Positions 26,765 to 40,486 of a DNA stretch of 64,000 nucleotides are shown here, one piece after another (position 1 is the stretch's first letter; every line of letters starts with the position of its first letter). The stretch covers positions 8,556,001 through 8,620,000 of the forward strand of contig NC_090357.1 of assembly GCF_035084215.1 (NCBI RefSeq). The letters run 5' to 3'. Under the pieces are notes generated by a model that was not told where the DNA came from, did no database searches, and saw nothing but the letters and a program-made list of their open reading frames with translations. Position numbers and translations under genes: made by a program. Origin of the DNA: Heptranchias perlo. Lineage: Eukaryota.

Positions 26765-27681
26765 GCCACGCTTTATCGATTTACCTATTTTGAAAAAGCA
26801 TATTTATACTGGCATATTATTTACCAATAATCAACTGCAGGTTAAAATGGCACTATCTTCATTAAAAAAAAGTGTTTCGCAAACTTTTTTCAGTTTCTTT
26901 ACAAACACATGACATCTTGATTTATGTCTAAACTCCACAACGTGTCACTTCCCCATGATGTCATCATGGTGAAAATGATACATGGCTTTAAAAAAAATCC
27001 AAGGTGAGCCACCATGATAGACTAGTGTAAGGTATTTTTGTTTCAATTTGGAAACGTGCAATTCTACACTCCTTTTCATTTAACTAGTTGTTTATTTAAG
27101 TTCAGAGTTAAATTGAGCAGATATTGGCAAATCTTATTTCAAGAAAACGGAAGTCCAATAAATTTCTAGTGAATACTTCACAAATCTAATCCATCAATGT
27201 GTTATAAACAGTAGTTATATGCTAGATAGTGAAAGTGGAAAATATTTAAACTTATGACTCATGTGTACAACTCACATGCAAATAAGGAGGTGAATTTGTT
27301 CTGTCGAAAAAAATCAGCATGAGTTCTTATTTCCATTTGCATTTATGCTTTTTCACTAAAATTAACTGACAAGAGAAATTTCAGTTCTAAGTAAACAAAG
27401 GTTCTCAGACATGAATTTTATTTATACCCTGAATGTTTCAGGTGATAACACAGCACTTCCTCATCTATCGAAATTCTTGTATTGAACAAGTTAGTCCAGA
27501 TCCCCTGTGAAAAATACACAGCAATACTTCCAAATTTGGTTGTGCCCAGATAGAGTATTTTTAGTTGCATTACATTAGGGATTACCATTCTATCATGAAC
27601 TGTGTAGTGATGGAACCATTTGAAATGGTGAATTGCAAGTATTACAGAACATTAAAACCATTAAGAATACAAAGAAACATT

Positions 27682-28879
27682 GAGCCAGAATTTGCTGGAA
27701 ACTTGGGCCATAGAAATGGTGCATTTACGGCGCAAGCCAGGAGTGACTCAGCCCATCACTTACACCACGAAACAATTTCCTGATTCTTTTGCACAGCTCC
27801 GCCCTTTCCCTTGACAAATCAGTTGAACAGATAATTATAATTCAGGTCCCATTAAAATCAATGGCGAGATGGAGTTTGCTGAATTAAAGCCACTGAGATC
27901 GCTGCACAATGGTGCTGGTGGGGTGAGTATAGAATCATAGAATGATACAGCACAGAAGGAGGCCATTCGGCCCATTGTGCCTGGGCCGATTTCTTGAACG
28001 AGCTATCCAATTAGTCTCACACCCCTGCCCTTTCCCCATAACCCTGCAAATATTTCCCCTCCAAGTATTTATCCGATTCCCTTTTGAAAGTTATTATTGA
28101 ACCTGCTTCCACCAGTCTCTCAGGCAGTGTATTCCAGGTCATAATAACTCGCAGAGCAAAAAAAAATCTCTCCTCATCTCGCCTCTGGTTCTTTTGTCAA
28201 TTACCTTAAACAGTACACAGGAATCAAAACAGAAACACGTTTAAAAGAGGCAACATTGATTCTGGGCATTTTAATACGGTTGCTATCTCAATTCTAAATT
28301 TTCTTAACGAGATTGATCAAAGCAGAGCTCACATTTTTGATGGTTTAATGTAATGCAAATGCGAATGGTATTTATACATGTTTCTCACACTGCTAAATAC
28401 TGTCATTAAAAAAAATAGGGTAATCCTTGAAACACGGTGAAATTGCCTCTTGGGGTGATTGTTTTCTGCATTGCTTCCGAAATTGCTTTCTGATGTCAAT
28501 CACAGGTGAAGTACAGCACTCTTCTTAAAATTCCTAGCACCCAGCCAGGGCCTCGTGATACAAAGTGAGAGTTACAGAAGAACTTTGTGGAAATATTTAT
28601 TCAGTTTTTATCCCTGTTTATATCTTTTAGTCATTTGCTGCCGAATATAAATAAACAAATAAATTAGGTTGAAGTTCCCACAGAAGTCAACAATCAAAAT
28701 TAATTCTTAACTGTTCATTGGCCACGCCACTCCCGATCATGCGCTATACTCGCTGCAATGTATTCCAATAATTTTTCCAGCAAATTGTGGTGTAAATTTG
28801 CCACTGGAGGATCAGGGAGTACGATAGACTAACTTACGGCGCTCGTTGCCAATATTGCCATTGTAGCAAATTCTTGGCC
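27682..28879. mobile_element. Putative non-autonomous Harbinger-type element containing a CR1 tail
   Basis: Ends GAGCCAGAATTTGCTG and (reverse complement) GGCCAAGAATTTGCTA, with ATT on both flanks (27679-27681, 28880-28882). An extra TIR-like copy near 28775-28792 makes the boundaries uncertain. Confidence 0.5.
27928..28210 (-). mobile_element. CR1 3' tail
   Basis: tagaatcatagaatgatacagcacagaaggaggccattcggccc..tatttatcc.attcccttttgaaag. Confidence 0.85.
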
Positions 28880-29284
28880 ATTGTGTCTAATGGCTTCTTA
28901 TTATGGGATACATTTTCCTCTGTGTGTGAAGTCATAGAAGAATTATTTGACTAAAGTGAAGAGGTTTCTAATGAGAGATTAGTAAAAGAATTTTACTTTA
29001 ACACAGAGCAAAATAAAACCCTGTTGTTCTATTTAAACCAAATCTTAAGTCCTAAAAAAGTTTGAAAATCAAAGTTTTACAGTTATACTTTAGACTGGGA
29101 TGGCAAATGATTTCTTCTGCAATGCTCTGTGAAGTAATTGGGTCATATTCCCGGGTACAAGTCACATCATGTTATTGCCTGGACATCAAAGCCACTAAAG
29201 TGACCTAAAACAGCAGGAACTTGTCTAGCGTCCATCTGTCTTTTTGATATCTAATTCATTTTCCATTAGAGAACTATAACTTAT

Positions 29285-29500
29285 CTAATTTGTTCTTTTC
29301 CAGGACCACAATGCTGTGGAACTCCTTTTCTCCCAAAGTCTTCCCTTTCCCTTATAACTGGTACATTATAAACTTACAAGCTTGGCATCACCTGACCAAT
29401 ACCTCTTCAATTTTATCATCTTATCTCCTACTCTTTCCAACCTTGGTGGTGCCCTGCAGGATGGGCCATGGTCCTTCACCTAGGTTTCTCAATTTAAAAA
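29285..29500 (+). mobile_element. Ancient LINE RT C-terminal remnant
   Basis: FFSRTTMLWNSFSPKVFPFPYN resembles the FF.RT..LWNSLP motif at the end of CR1/L2/Jockey-group ORF2. Confidence 0.45.
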
Positions 29501-29789
29501 AAGGCGGAGGAAGGATTTTGATGGCAGTTCAAAAGAGTGAAATTAGTTAACTGAGAGTTCTAAAGGTAAAGAAAAACAGCAAAAATTGTGACATCTAAGT
29601 AAACAAAATTTGAGGCTGCCTTTCTTGATAGTATCACTCAATTCCTGTCACACTTCAGCACTCACACTTCAGCATATACTCTGACTCAGAATAAGTAACA
29701 CATGTAAAATCCTAGAAAATCATGTAATAAGAACACAGTTTCACTCACTCATTCAGTCATCATAAATGAGTTGGCCTGGCAGTAATGTG

Positions 29790-30192
29790 CTGTGTATTTA
29801 AAATGTAAAATTCTTAACCTTGTGTTCAAATCCCTCCATGGTCTTGCCCCTCCGTAACCTCCTCCAACCCTACAACCCTCCAAGATCTTTGTGCTCCTCC
29901 AATTCTGACCTCTTGGGCATCCCCTGATTTCCATCGCCCAACCACTGATGGCCATGCCTTCAGCTGCCTAGTCTCCAACTTCTATAATTCCCTCCCTAAA
30001 CCTCTCCATCTCTCGATCTCTCCTCCTTTAAGACATGCCTTAAAATCCACCTCTTTGACCAAGCTTTTGGTCACCTGTCCTAACATCTCTTTATGTGGCT
30101 TAGCATCAAATTTTGTTTAATAACGCTCCTGTGAAGCACCTTGTACATTTTACTACGTTAAAGGTGCTATATAAATGCATGTGGTTGTTGTG
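29790..30192 (+). mobile_element. L2-clade LINE 3' end
   Basis: tttaaaat..cttgtgttcaaatccctccatggtcttgcccc, cttaaaatccacctctttgaccaagcttttgg and tail aaaggtgctatataaatgca, which is shared with the SacSINE1-like tails. Confidence 0.85.
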
Positions 30193-32199
30193 TTATATAG
30201 CATAACATTCCTATCTTTAGAAAACAGCACATCCTCCAACTCTTCCTGAGCAATGCCATGGGATTTCGGCTAGCTTTTAAAGAAAATTGTGGAGTTGTAC
30301 ATCTTTAGTGATCCAATACGCAGAGTGGCCAATGATTATTTTTTTCTTCCCTTGGGTCTTGAATTAGATTACATCCCTAAAGCATTGGAAAAAATATGTT
30401 TTAGTCCTTGAAGTTCTTTTCTTCCGCATCTCTTTTACTATTTCATACCTAAAGGGTCAGGTAGGCAGAGCTCCCAAAATTAGACAAATCCTAGATTTTC
30501 CATCACAAGAACATAACTGAAGTATCAAAACCAGAAAGGTAGTTGAAAGCAACAAGTAGCATTTGTACCACAGGGAAGATTAAGTGTACATACATATATA
30601 TTGTATTTCTTAACCTTTTTCCTTGTCTCTCTTCTTTTTCTCCATTTCTCTATTCCCCTTTTGCTATTGTTTTCTCTTTCCCAGCTGTGGGATTAGCAAT
30701 TGAGTTCTCTTGCTTTCTTTCCCTGAAGCAGGCATTCTGTTGTGCCCATGGTTTCAATGGATGGCTTTCATTGCTGCTGTGAATGCTGGGATAGCCCCAT
30801 CTCCCAAGCGATCTCCTGATTCCTCTCTCACTCTCAAATGAAAGAAGGCAAGGGAAATACCAGAATAATGTACACGCTTAAGAGATGTGATCCTCAAGGA
30901 GGAGTGCAGGAATTGCCCACATCACGATCCAAGAAAGTTGGTGGACCCAAGAATCCTATAATCATTGAATTTTACAGCATCGAAGGAGGCCATTCGATCC
31001 ATCACTCCTGATAGAACTCTGCATGCTGTCCTGCTCCTCCGCCCTCTGCCTGGATAAAACTGACGACCTGCTTTGAGAAAATTACTAATATGGGCCACAA
31101 CAAGCAAGACACTGATCTATTTTTTTTCCAACAAATGTTAATACCTAAAAACTTCTTTTTAATGGGAGATGGAATCTTTTTCTTACTACGGTTTTACACT
31201 TTTTGAGGCGAACTGACGACTTTTATCAGCATTCCTATCGGAGTCCGATGCCATGATACAGACCATTTTAAAAAAAAATTCTTGTAGCTAGCGGCAGGAT
31301 GACCTTTTTAAATCTTGATATTAATGGTATTTCCTGTAACTGTTGATTGATTATACATGATAAGGTCGCATCATTGTTTGCATTTTTGAGTTAAACATTC
31401 TGGTGCATTTTAATTTAATTTGGTTCAGGCGTAGGTCCAGCAGGTTTATTGCAGGTCTGGGTGTTTGATGTCTCTTTCTTAGTGGGTACCGTTCAGTGTA
31501 CTGCAAATGGAGATACTTTGCAAGAAACGTCAGCCACTCAATTTGGTAAAATGTTGTTGTTCACCTTTGACATTTTATACACATGTGCTGGTGCTTTTTG
31601 CTCATATTGTCATTGGCTTTCGATATCGATCTTCAAACTTTTAGTGCTCATCTTATTCTGTTCATTTTCCTAGCTTTGGCTTTTTACCTCCATTGTCCAT
31701 TTGTGCATTTTTCCTTCGATATTGCTGATCAACTGCATCCTTTATTGTACACTAGCAGATGTCCCGTGTTGTTGCTCGTAGTAGGTTGGACAACAACATT
31801 ATATACCAACGTGTATTATTATGCTGCTAAGTCTCAGCTGTGCGTAATCTGGCCTGTATCTTTAAAGTCACAAGATCTAATTGTACCTCTTGAGGTCAGT
31901 TAGAGGCCTATTCCTCTTAAGCACCTCCTAAGGTTAATTAGAGGGTGTACTGCAGCAAATGACTGGTTATTTTTCTCTTTTTTTATATCTTTTTTAAAGA
32001 ATGTTTTATATCTCTAACAAAGTGTGACACTTTGAAATGTGATGTCTGAAGTACGACAGACTCAAAACTTTTATATATGTAGATAGATGGTCTGCGGGTT
32101 CTGTAAATAATTTATAAACTGTTACAAGGACTCTATCTTGATTGACTTTTCTACTTTCCAGTATACGTCCTTTTTTCTCTCTTCCTCTCCTGAAGGCAT

Positions 32200-32560
32200 T
32201 GGTTCCTGCTGGGTATGGTTTCATGGTGCCAGCAGCCTTCTGGTACCTTGTCCGAGTCGCCATTCCCCAGGAATGAGCCCAGACAGTGAACATTGGCGAG
32301 CTATTCAACTATGGGGAACATCACCCCTCAACCAAATCCTATTCTCACCTGACAAGAAACATGCACTTTCCAGTACGGGTCACTGGATAGCAGTGCGAAC
32401 CCTAGTTGATTGTCCCCACTCTAAAATAGAGTCCTTGAAAGCCAATTGAAACGCTTTTACAGCGCCACCAATGAAATCAACTAGCTCAACAGTAACTCAA
32501 CACAGACTGGGAATCAAACTTGGGACCTTCTGGTCTATGTACACTGACTTTACCAACTGA
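32200..32560 (-). mobile_element. tRNA-derived SINE family A
   Basis: Reverse complement shows tagaccagaaggtcccaagtttgattcccagtctgtgttgagt..ctatccagtgacc..ctggaaagtgc..gaatggcgactcgg. Confidence 0.7.
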
Positions 32561-32856
32561 CCCATCAGGTACTTCTTATATGTTGGCCTTTAGTCTTATA
32601 TCCCACTCCAAACTTGGTTTGGTCTTTCAGTTGCACACTAATAGTGCTCACACCCTTTGTTACCTGCTTTTTATACTTAATGTCCATTTTTTTTTTTCCT
32701 TATACTTTTTAAGTTATCCCCACACAACATTCCCCAGACAAGAGAACAGGCATCAACCTACTTCCAGTCCTCTGCTGATGCCTCTCTGCAACCACTGAAA
32801 CCAGCCATGGTTGATTTCTCTTTGATTCTTCTGACTGTCCTGTGGAGAATTAGAAA

Positions 32857-33296
32857 GAAATTGCATTTATACAACGCCTTTCATGATCTCGGGATGTCCC
32901 AAAGCGCTTTACAGCCAATTAAATACTTTTGAAATATATTCCCTGTTGTAATGTAGGGAAACATGGCAGCCAATTTGCACACAGCAAGATCCCACAGGCA
33001 GCAATGAGATAATGACCAGATAATCTATTTTAGTAATGTTGGTTGAGGGATAAATATTGGGAGAACTCCCCCGCTCTTTTTCGAATAGTGACATGGGATC
33101 TTTTATGTTTACCTGAGAGGGCAGAAATGGCTTTGGTTTAATGTCTCATCTGAAAGACAGTACCTCCAGCAATGCAACACTCTCTCAGTACCGCACTGAA
33201 GTGTCAGCCTAGATTATATGCTCAAATTTCTGGAGTGGGACTTGAACCCACGACCTTCTGATTCAGACGCGAGAGCGCCAGCACCGAGCCAAGGCT
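32857..33296 (-). mobile_element. SacSINE1/DeuSINE-like SINE, near full length
   Basis: Colinear with 47780-48231 from the tail (ttgcatttatac) to the tRNA head (ggacttgaacccacgaccttctga..ccgagcca). Confidence 0.9.
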
Positions 33297-34304
33297 TTGT
33301 GCTTTGCTGAGCACTAACCTTTATTGGATTGGTTGAGACTGGAGAGGGGCTGAAAATACAATAGCACTAACGCACATTGAGTGCCCTCTCCCCAGAAAAT
33401 CAGGCAGAGAGACCTGAGGCCTACAAATCATCTGAGATACTCAGCATGCCTCCAATACAAGTGATGGGCACAAATTGTGTACTGGGCTCATTAGGCCCCC
33501 GAGTTGTATTTAAGTAAGTTGCCTAACCCATATAACAGCTGGAGTACCTCAACAGTGCTCTATTATTTGCACAGACTCATTTGTAATGGGCACTGAAGGG
33601 AAGACCACCATAAAAAAAAGTTGAGCACTTCTTGCCCTTTGCCCCCTGGCACCATCTTGCTCAGTTCACCCATGTCCCCCCCCATGCCCTTTGCCCTCTA
33701 CCCAGTGCCTGGTGCCCCTCACCCATACCGGGAAAGTAGTCTGAGAACAACAGGTAGCCTGCAGCCCTACAGGGCCTGCTGGCACCCAAAATATGGCCCT
33801 GCGAGATGGGCTTGGAGCACCAGTAAATTGTGCAAATGAAATGACCTTGCTTTATCCAGGGAGGTCAGTCCATTTGTGTCCAGGCACGGAGCCAACAGTG
33901 GGGGTGCAGTGCTCGGGCCTCATTATCAGCTCCAGGAAGTCACCATGTAACAAACTGCAGCTGCAAATCCTCACCTTTTTGTTCCTTTGTGTAGTAAGTG
34001 CACTGCTCCTTATCAGTTTTCAATGTCACGTCTTATCTGTACAACATAAACGTGTGCATTTTAATGCATTCACGTGCCTTCTTAGGCAAACTATTTTTTT
34101 CTGGGGGAAGGGACAAGATCACCATGTGATGTGATGGGGTATTTTCACGTATTTATGTCAAGCTGCTGCTTCTAAACAAAACATGTGTATTTTACAAGTC
34201 GTCCAGAAGGATCATGGATCACCATTACTGGCTTCCAACTGCAAAAGTTATAGGCAAAACCTTCAGATTACACTGCACCAAACAGGGCAAGATAAATAGA
34301 ACAT

Positions 34305-34480
34305 AAAATGCAAGTTCTGGAAATGTGAAATAAAAACGGTGAACGCTGGAAATGCACAGAAGGTATGTCGGCATTTGTAAAGAGAAAAAACAGATGAACG
34401 TTTCAGGTGTAGAAGCGTCTACAAACAAAATGCTGTCTTTTCTCTTGCCTGAAGCTGCTGTGCATTTCAACATTTCAATA
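34305..34480. mobile_element. Decayed Penelope-like terminal unit(s)
   Basis: gaaataaaaac..gctggaaat..cagaagg..ggcatttgtaaagag..aacgtttcagg resembles the 3579 and 26237 units. Confidence 0.5.
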
Positions 34481-34888
34481 GAGCAAGGCAGTGAGGGGAA
34501 ATATCCGTAATGTTGGGAGTTTGTAACAGACACAGCCGGTACAGATCATCCAGCATCCTCCCAGGTGGACAGAGAGACTTGATATTTCTAAGATGGTGCC
34601 CCTTTTAAGTTCATCTGTTACTCCCCTCACCTGAATGTGAGCGTCGCCTTAGATACAACGGCTTAGAAATTTGTTGGCGCCACGCCAATTTTACAGGCTT
34701 AAAGCCAGTGCTTAAGCATCCAATATGGTAGGTGTCATGCCATACAACAGTGCCATTTGTGTAACAATCATTTCAACATATTCATGTGGGCTGGCAGCTA
34801 TGGTTTTGTTTTATTATGTAAGTTGTCCCCCAGATTTCTTCTTCTGCTTGCTTGGATTCACATCTCTGCTACTTAGCTTGTTATCTTG

Positions 34889-35278
34889 CCTCAGTCAGTA
34901 GCATGCTCACCTGAGTCAGAAGTCTGTGCATTCAAACTCGACTCCAGCACAGAACTGAGGCTGATATTCCAATGGAGTACCAAGAGGGTGCTCCATTTTT
35001 CAGCTGAGATGTTAAACTGAGACCCCCTTCAGCCTGCTCCAGAGGTTCAGATTCTGTGCCAAAGCTCTCCTAGAGTTGGGGCTGATATTCCTCCATCAGC
35101 CAACACCAGCCAAAAAAACAATAGATTAACTGCTTTGTGCAATCCCACTGTGCACAAAATGGCTGCCATATTGTCTACATAACAACAGTCACTGCACTCC
35201 AAAGTTATTGATTGTATGTGAAGCATTTTGAGACATTTCTGAGCGACATGATGAGGTGCTATATAAATTCAAGTCTTT
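34889..35278 (+). mobile_element. SacSINE1/DeuSINE-like SINE, decayed
   Basis: Head ctcagtcagtagcatgctcacctgagtcagaag, body tgtgcacaaaatggctgcc, tail ggtgctatataaattcaagtc. Confidence 0.75.
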
Positions 35279-36536
35279 CATTTGGTGGGAGTGCAGTTTG
35301 CTCTTGGACCTCTGCCAAAGCCCTCTTTAGCTAGCTGCCAGGAGTGTGAAGTCCCATCCAGGCAGGACTCCCCCCCACTTGTATTCAATGTTCCAGTGTT
35401 AAGTGTCACCATGCAATTCGCTGGAATAATTGTTGTTTTTACACCTTGAAAATGTGTTTGATTCCTCCTCTGTTTAGGAATTGATTCCTTGGTTCTTGCA
35501 GAGTCCCCAAGGTTGATGGCTAGACAACCTTCTCCCCAGGTCCCTGTCAACTCCACTAGATGGCTGGCTGCTAAGTGGTGGATTAGGGCAGCACTATTCA
35601 CTCTCCCTCAGACATTCCCTGTCGGGAAGCACATGGCTTCAAGTAGGTGGAAGATTGTTATGTGGGGGTTTATGAACCTCCAACCTAGCACTCTATGGAG
35701 CAACACATTGGAAAGAAATTAACTGCAAGGGTTTTCTCCGGTTCTCCAGATTTAAAAAAAATCCAAAATAAATTGAGTTCTTGAAACATTAGAAGCATAC
35801 AAATTGAGATAATAGGAACATTGAACGCCTCCCTGTAAAATATAATATTTACTTCTCTGAGTGAAGCTGAGCATAACTCACCAGCATTTCATTGTACTGT
35901 AAAGCATTGAGTGTCCTCCATTTATTCTGTGAGAGTGAGCATTATTCTGTGGGAGTGATGTTGTCTTATGGGGCTGAACATTATCTTTTACTTCCCAAAC
36001 AAGTAATGATTCACTGTATTGAAAATAATAATAATGCACTCAACTAAATTATCACCAACTATAGTCCTGCACAAAATCCTACATAAAAGTTAAAGAATGC
36101 GTTAAGATTGTGAATAAATTTCTCCTCCTCCAGGAGAATGTGCCTCTCTGAAGGTTATTTTTGAGGCTCCCGAGAGAATTCCAGACCCTCCTGAAAAGGA
36201 CCCCAGCTTTTCTGTCTCCCTGATTTCTACACCCCCCCTCCCACGCCTTACCCCTACCCCGCCACAGAAAAAAAGTTTGAAAATAACAAACTGAGATCAT
36301 GATTGTAATTGGTCTTCTTTCCTCCTGTTTTACTTGCCAAATGAATCCAGTGTCTTCATAAAGAGGTTCTGATAGCATTGGAAACTTGTAAAGAATCAGA
36401 TTTATGATCACGAAGTGTCAGGAAGTTTACAAACCCATTACAGCACACGGGGCGGGGCGGGGGGGTGGATTTGCTCTAGTGACTATGTGCAGTGACATCG
36501 TCAATGTGTTCTTTTACAATGTGATCACAATTTTCG

Positions 36537-36840
36537 TAGAATCATAGAATTTTACAGTGCATTAGGAGGCCATTTGGCCCATCTTGTCTCTGTCAACTTT
36601 CTGAAACAGCTATCTGCTTAGCTCCATTCCCCTATTCTTTCCCTGTACCCATTTATTTTTTTCCTTTTCAAACATTTATCCAATTCTCTTTTAAACAGTA
36701 CTATGAATTCTAATTCTACCGCGGCTTCTGGCAAGGTATTCCATGCCTTAACAGCCCTCTGCATAAAAAATATTCTCCTAACCTCTCCTAGGTGATAATC
36801 TTAAAGTTATACCCTCTAGTTACCAACTCACCAACCAGCA
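36537..36840 (-). mobile_element. CR1 3' tail, decayed
   Basis: tagaatcatagaattttacagtg..ggaggccatttggcccatc..atttatccaattc. Confidence 0.75.
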
Positions 36841-37159
36841 TGATTTGTTAGAAATATGAATAAAGGAAATCTTCACAAACACATTTGCGATGTTGCAGCT
36901 CGTGATGACTAGAGCAATTCTTACCTTATGAAGGTGTTTGTTTTTAAAAGTGAGACAAAGTTGGTAACATTTTTAAACTAGAAAAAAATCACTCCTGAAG
37001 AGACTTGACATTTCTGGATAAAATCTTTTGGCCAATGCAGAGTTCATTATGAAAAGTAGATCTATGGTTCCTGGAAGATATTGTGTACAAATAATAGTGC
37101 CGACACAGCCCACCCCTTTCCTGACAATTCCATGATACAAGTTTAATTTCAGATAAGTG

Positions 37160-37937
37160 TGAGGTAGTACATTTTGGTAGGAAGAATAAGGAAGCCACAT
37201 ACTGCTTGCATAATAAGAGTCTAAATGGGGTAGAGGAGCAAAGGGATCTAGGGGTACAGATACACAAATCACTAAAAGTAGCGACGCAGGTTCATAAGGC
37301 CATAGAAAAAGCAAACCAAGCACTGGGGTTCATTTCTAGAGGGATAGAATTGGGAAGTTATGTTAAACTTGTATCGAACCTTGGTTAGACCACATTTGGA
37401 GTATGGTGCACAGTTCTGGTCTCCATATTATAAAAAGCATATAGAGGCACTGGAGAAGGTACAAAAAAGATTCACAAGGATGATACCAGAACTGAGAGGA
37501 TATACTTATCAGGAAAGGCTGAACAGGCTGGGGCTCTTTTCTCTAGAAAAAAGAAGGTTGAGGGGTAATCTAATAAAGGTCTTTAAGATTATAAAAGGTT
37601 TGATAGAAAATGTTTCCACTTGTGGGGGAGACCAAAACTAGAGGTCATAAATATAAGATAGTCACAAATAAATCCAATAGGGAATTCAGAAGAAACCTCT
37701 TCACCCAGAAAGTGGTTAGAATGTGGAATGCGCTACCACAAGGAGTAGTTGAGGCGAATAGCATAGATGCATTTAAGGGGAAGCTAGATAAGTATGAGGG
37801 AGAAAGGAATAGAAGGATGTGCTGATAGGGTTAGATGAAAAGGGGTGGGAGAAGGTTCCTGTGGAGCATGAACGTCGACATAGACCAGTTGGGCCGAATG
37901 GCCTGTTTCTGTGCCATAGACTCTATATAACTCTATG
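37160..37937 (+). mobile_element. CR1 LINE 3' fragment with frameshifted RT C-terminus
   Basis: ORFs 37206, 37360 and 37610 give EQRDLGVQIHKSLK, LVRPHLEYGAQFWSPYYKKHIEALEKVQKRFTRMIP and TRGHKYK..FTQKVVRMWNALP. Confidence 0.92.
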
Positions 37938-38084
37938 TGACTATGTAACCCAAGTTGACTCATCCTCATTTTTAGCGACCATACTGCCAATTTTACTCCC
38001 TGAATTTTAACCTGCTTCCCATTCCTCCTTCTCATCCCACTCCCTCTTTTCCAGCTGCCCAGTGGGTCCCCCAGTATCAGCCTA

Positions 38085-38335
38085 CGCTGTATTTCCCTAC
38101 AGAATGTTTTTTCCCTATGTGATCATGGTCCTTGCCATCCACAAAATCATTGTGGATGAGTTCTTTAACATCCTGGGCCTGATAGAAACCTGGTCACAGG
38201 CAGCAATTCCTTCCCCCTCATCAGCATCATCCTACCTAAATAATCATTCCACCAGGTTCTTTGCCCGAACTGCTGTGGCGACAGAGTGGTTCTTATTGAT
38301 AGATTCCATCTTAGCCTCTCTCCCTACTTCTTAGT
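38085..38335 (+). mobile_element. L2-clade endonuclease-domain remnant
   Basis: LAIHKIIVDEFFNILGLIETW resembles the APE motif (D.L.LTETW) at the start of L2 ORF2. Confidence 0.5.
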
Positions 38336-40101
38336 AAATGAGTGTGATTTTACACAATTGTTCCATTTAAAATGTTGCATCAGTGTCAGATATTTGTAAG
38401 AGAGCCGTAGTCTGTGGGAAAACATTTAATGTCTATTTATTATATTTACATGTAGTACAGAAGGTAAATACCAAAGGAAGTTCATTCTGAAAAGGGGGTG
38501 GGATGTATAAAGGCACTACTTAGAAGTACAGATGGGGGAGATGAACAAAAAAAAGAAATATTGGGAAGGGAGAAAGATATGGAAGGGCAGGGTCAAAAGG
38601 ACACTACACAGTTTCTGCTGATGTAAAAAATTAGGCTAAACTGACTTGACTTTTTGCCACTAATTGTTTTACTTACACCCAGTCTTAAAGCTAATTTTAG
38701 TACAGCCCAACATCAGACTAAGGTTGGACATTCTTGCACTGAAACAACTGGAACAATAGGGGCTGACGTACAGGGCCATTTTGCTACATTGACATGAGGA
38801 TATTTAAAGGGGCTTGTATTGTCAAGAGCTTCCTGTTTACAAGAATCGCAGTTGTGGCATTGCTGACAGCCGCTGTACTGCAGTAATATCAAAGATGGGG
38901 GCAGACAGCCCGTGCATGCTAGGACCTTTCAAATAACCATCATGTTTTACAGGTTTCAAAGCCAGGATTTTCAAGCTGTAAAACACAGCTTTACTGCAAT
39001 AATCACAGCAAAATAGGGTTGTCTAATACAGTTCAGTTCTGAATTGGCTAGTTTGTAAGCTGCGTTAACATCACATTTGGGATTTTCATATTACTGAGTA
39101 AACAGTGAATAATAAAGGCAGACAATGAGCAATAAGGCAGAACTTCAACTAAACAGTTCTGATGATTTCATAAATAGCAAGCTTAACATTGCTGCCTTAA
39201 ACACATGGTCAGCCATTTGTCAATTCTTTATAATATACAGTAAAGTTTAAAATAATATTGATTTTTGACTTTCTTATTGTGTGATGGGTGTACTGGCATT
39301 GGACCTGAAGGTTTAAGGCACCATATCACTGCTACTAGAGTACTACAAGATTTTTTGTTAGTCTATTGCTGTAAAATACATAGAAAGCATACATGATCAG
39401 AATCCCTTTTATATTTGTTATTCCACATAAGTTTTCAAACATTTTCATATACTTTATTACTACAAGAGGAGCATCAGTAATATGATACCAGAGTGTAAAA
39501 TAAAGAAAAGTTCAGATAGACCTATAGGACATGGACGGTGCAGTGTGCAGTATGTTGGAGCACCCTAGAAAGATTCATCCCTTAATCCCCAGCACATACC
39601 GACATAGGGCAGGTGCCAAGCAGAGTCAGGGCACCACTCCCCATGGAGTGAGTCATCCCTCCGTCGGTTTCATGCATCTCCAAGTAGCTAGTTTCAGAGT
39701 AGCATTTGTGGGGTCCTGGAGGCAGCCTTCAGGCATGTAAACTCCATACACAGAGAGACTCAGCGAGAGGGGAAAATACCTTAAACAAAAGGAATCTCAC
39801 TGTCGAGAAAGTGTGCAATTAAGAACATTCTTTCAAGTTTTAAAAACTGTAATCTTGTTCTGAGCACTAACGATATCACATTACTCAGGTTGAGTTTTTA
39901 TACAGTCTATACTACAAAACTTTGCTTCACTATCTCCTTGCTTCATTATAGATCAGCATTAACTGTCTCTTATCTCACAAGCAACCAGTCAAAACTGGAC
40001 ATGTAAATAGCCTAATAGATGATGTGCCCTTTCTGAACTTCAAGCACAACATCATTGACACTACAAATCTGACTTGTAGGGCTTTTATATTAATGCTAGA
40101 G

Positions 40102-40486
40102 CATCCACTTCCTCCTCCATCAGTGCACCGTGGCTGCAGTGTGTACTATCTACAGGGTGCACTGCAGCAAGTCGCCAAGGCTTCTTTGGCAGCACCTCCC
40201 AAACCCACGACCTCTACCACCTAGAAGGACAAGGGCAGCAGGTGTATGGGAGCACCATCACCACCAAGCTCCCCTCCAAGTCACACACCATTCTGATATT
40301 TATCGCTGTTACTGTATTGTCGCTGAGTCAAAATCTTGGAGCTCCCTACCTAACAGTATGTTCACCATATGGACTGCAGCGGTTGAAGAAGAAGGCTCAC
40401 CACCACATTCTCAAGGGAAACTATGGATGGGCAATGAATGCCGGGCTTGCCAGCAATGCCCATGTTCCAAAGAATGAGAAAAAAAT
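40102..40486 (+). mobile_element. HER1-like LINE 3' fragment
   Basis: AAVCTIYRVHCSKSPRLLWQHLPNPRPLPPRRTRAA matches the 9247 ORF. Tail gggcaatgaatgccgggcttgccagc..A-run. Confidence 0.88.

Noticed and set aside
35278-35722. RTE-type LINE 5' end (TLNTGTLN resembling TWNVRTL)
   Set aside because: A single weak motif with no supporting downstream domain.
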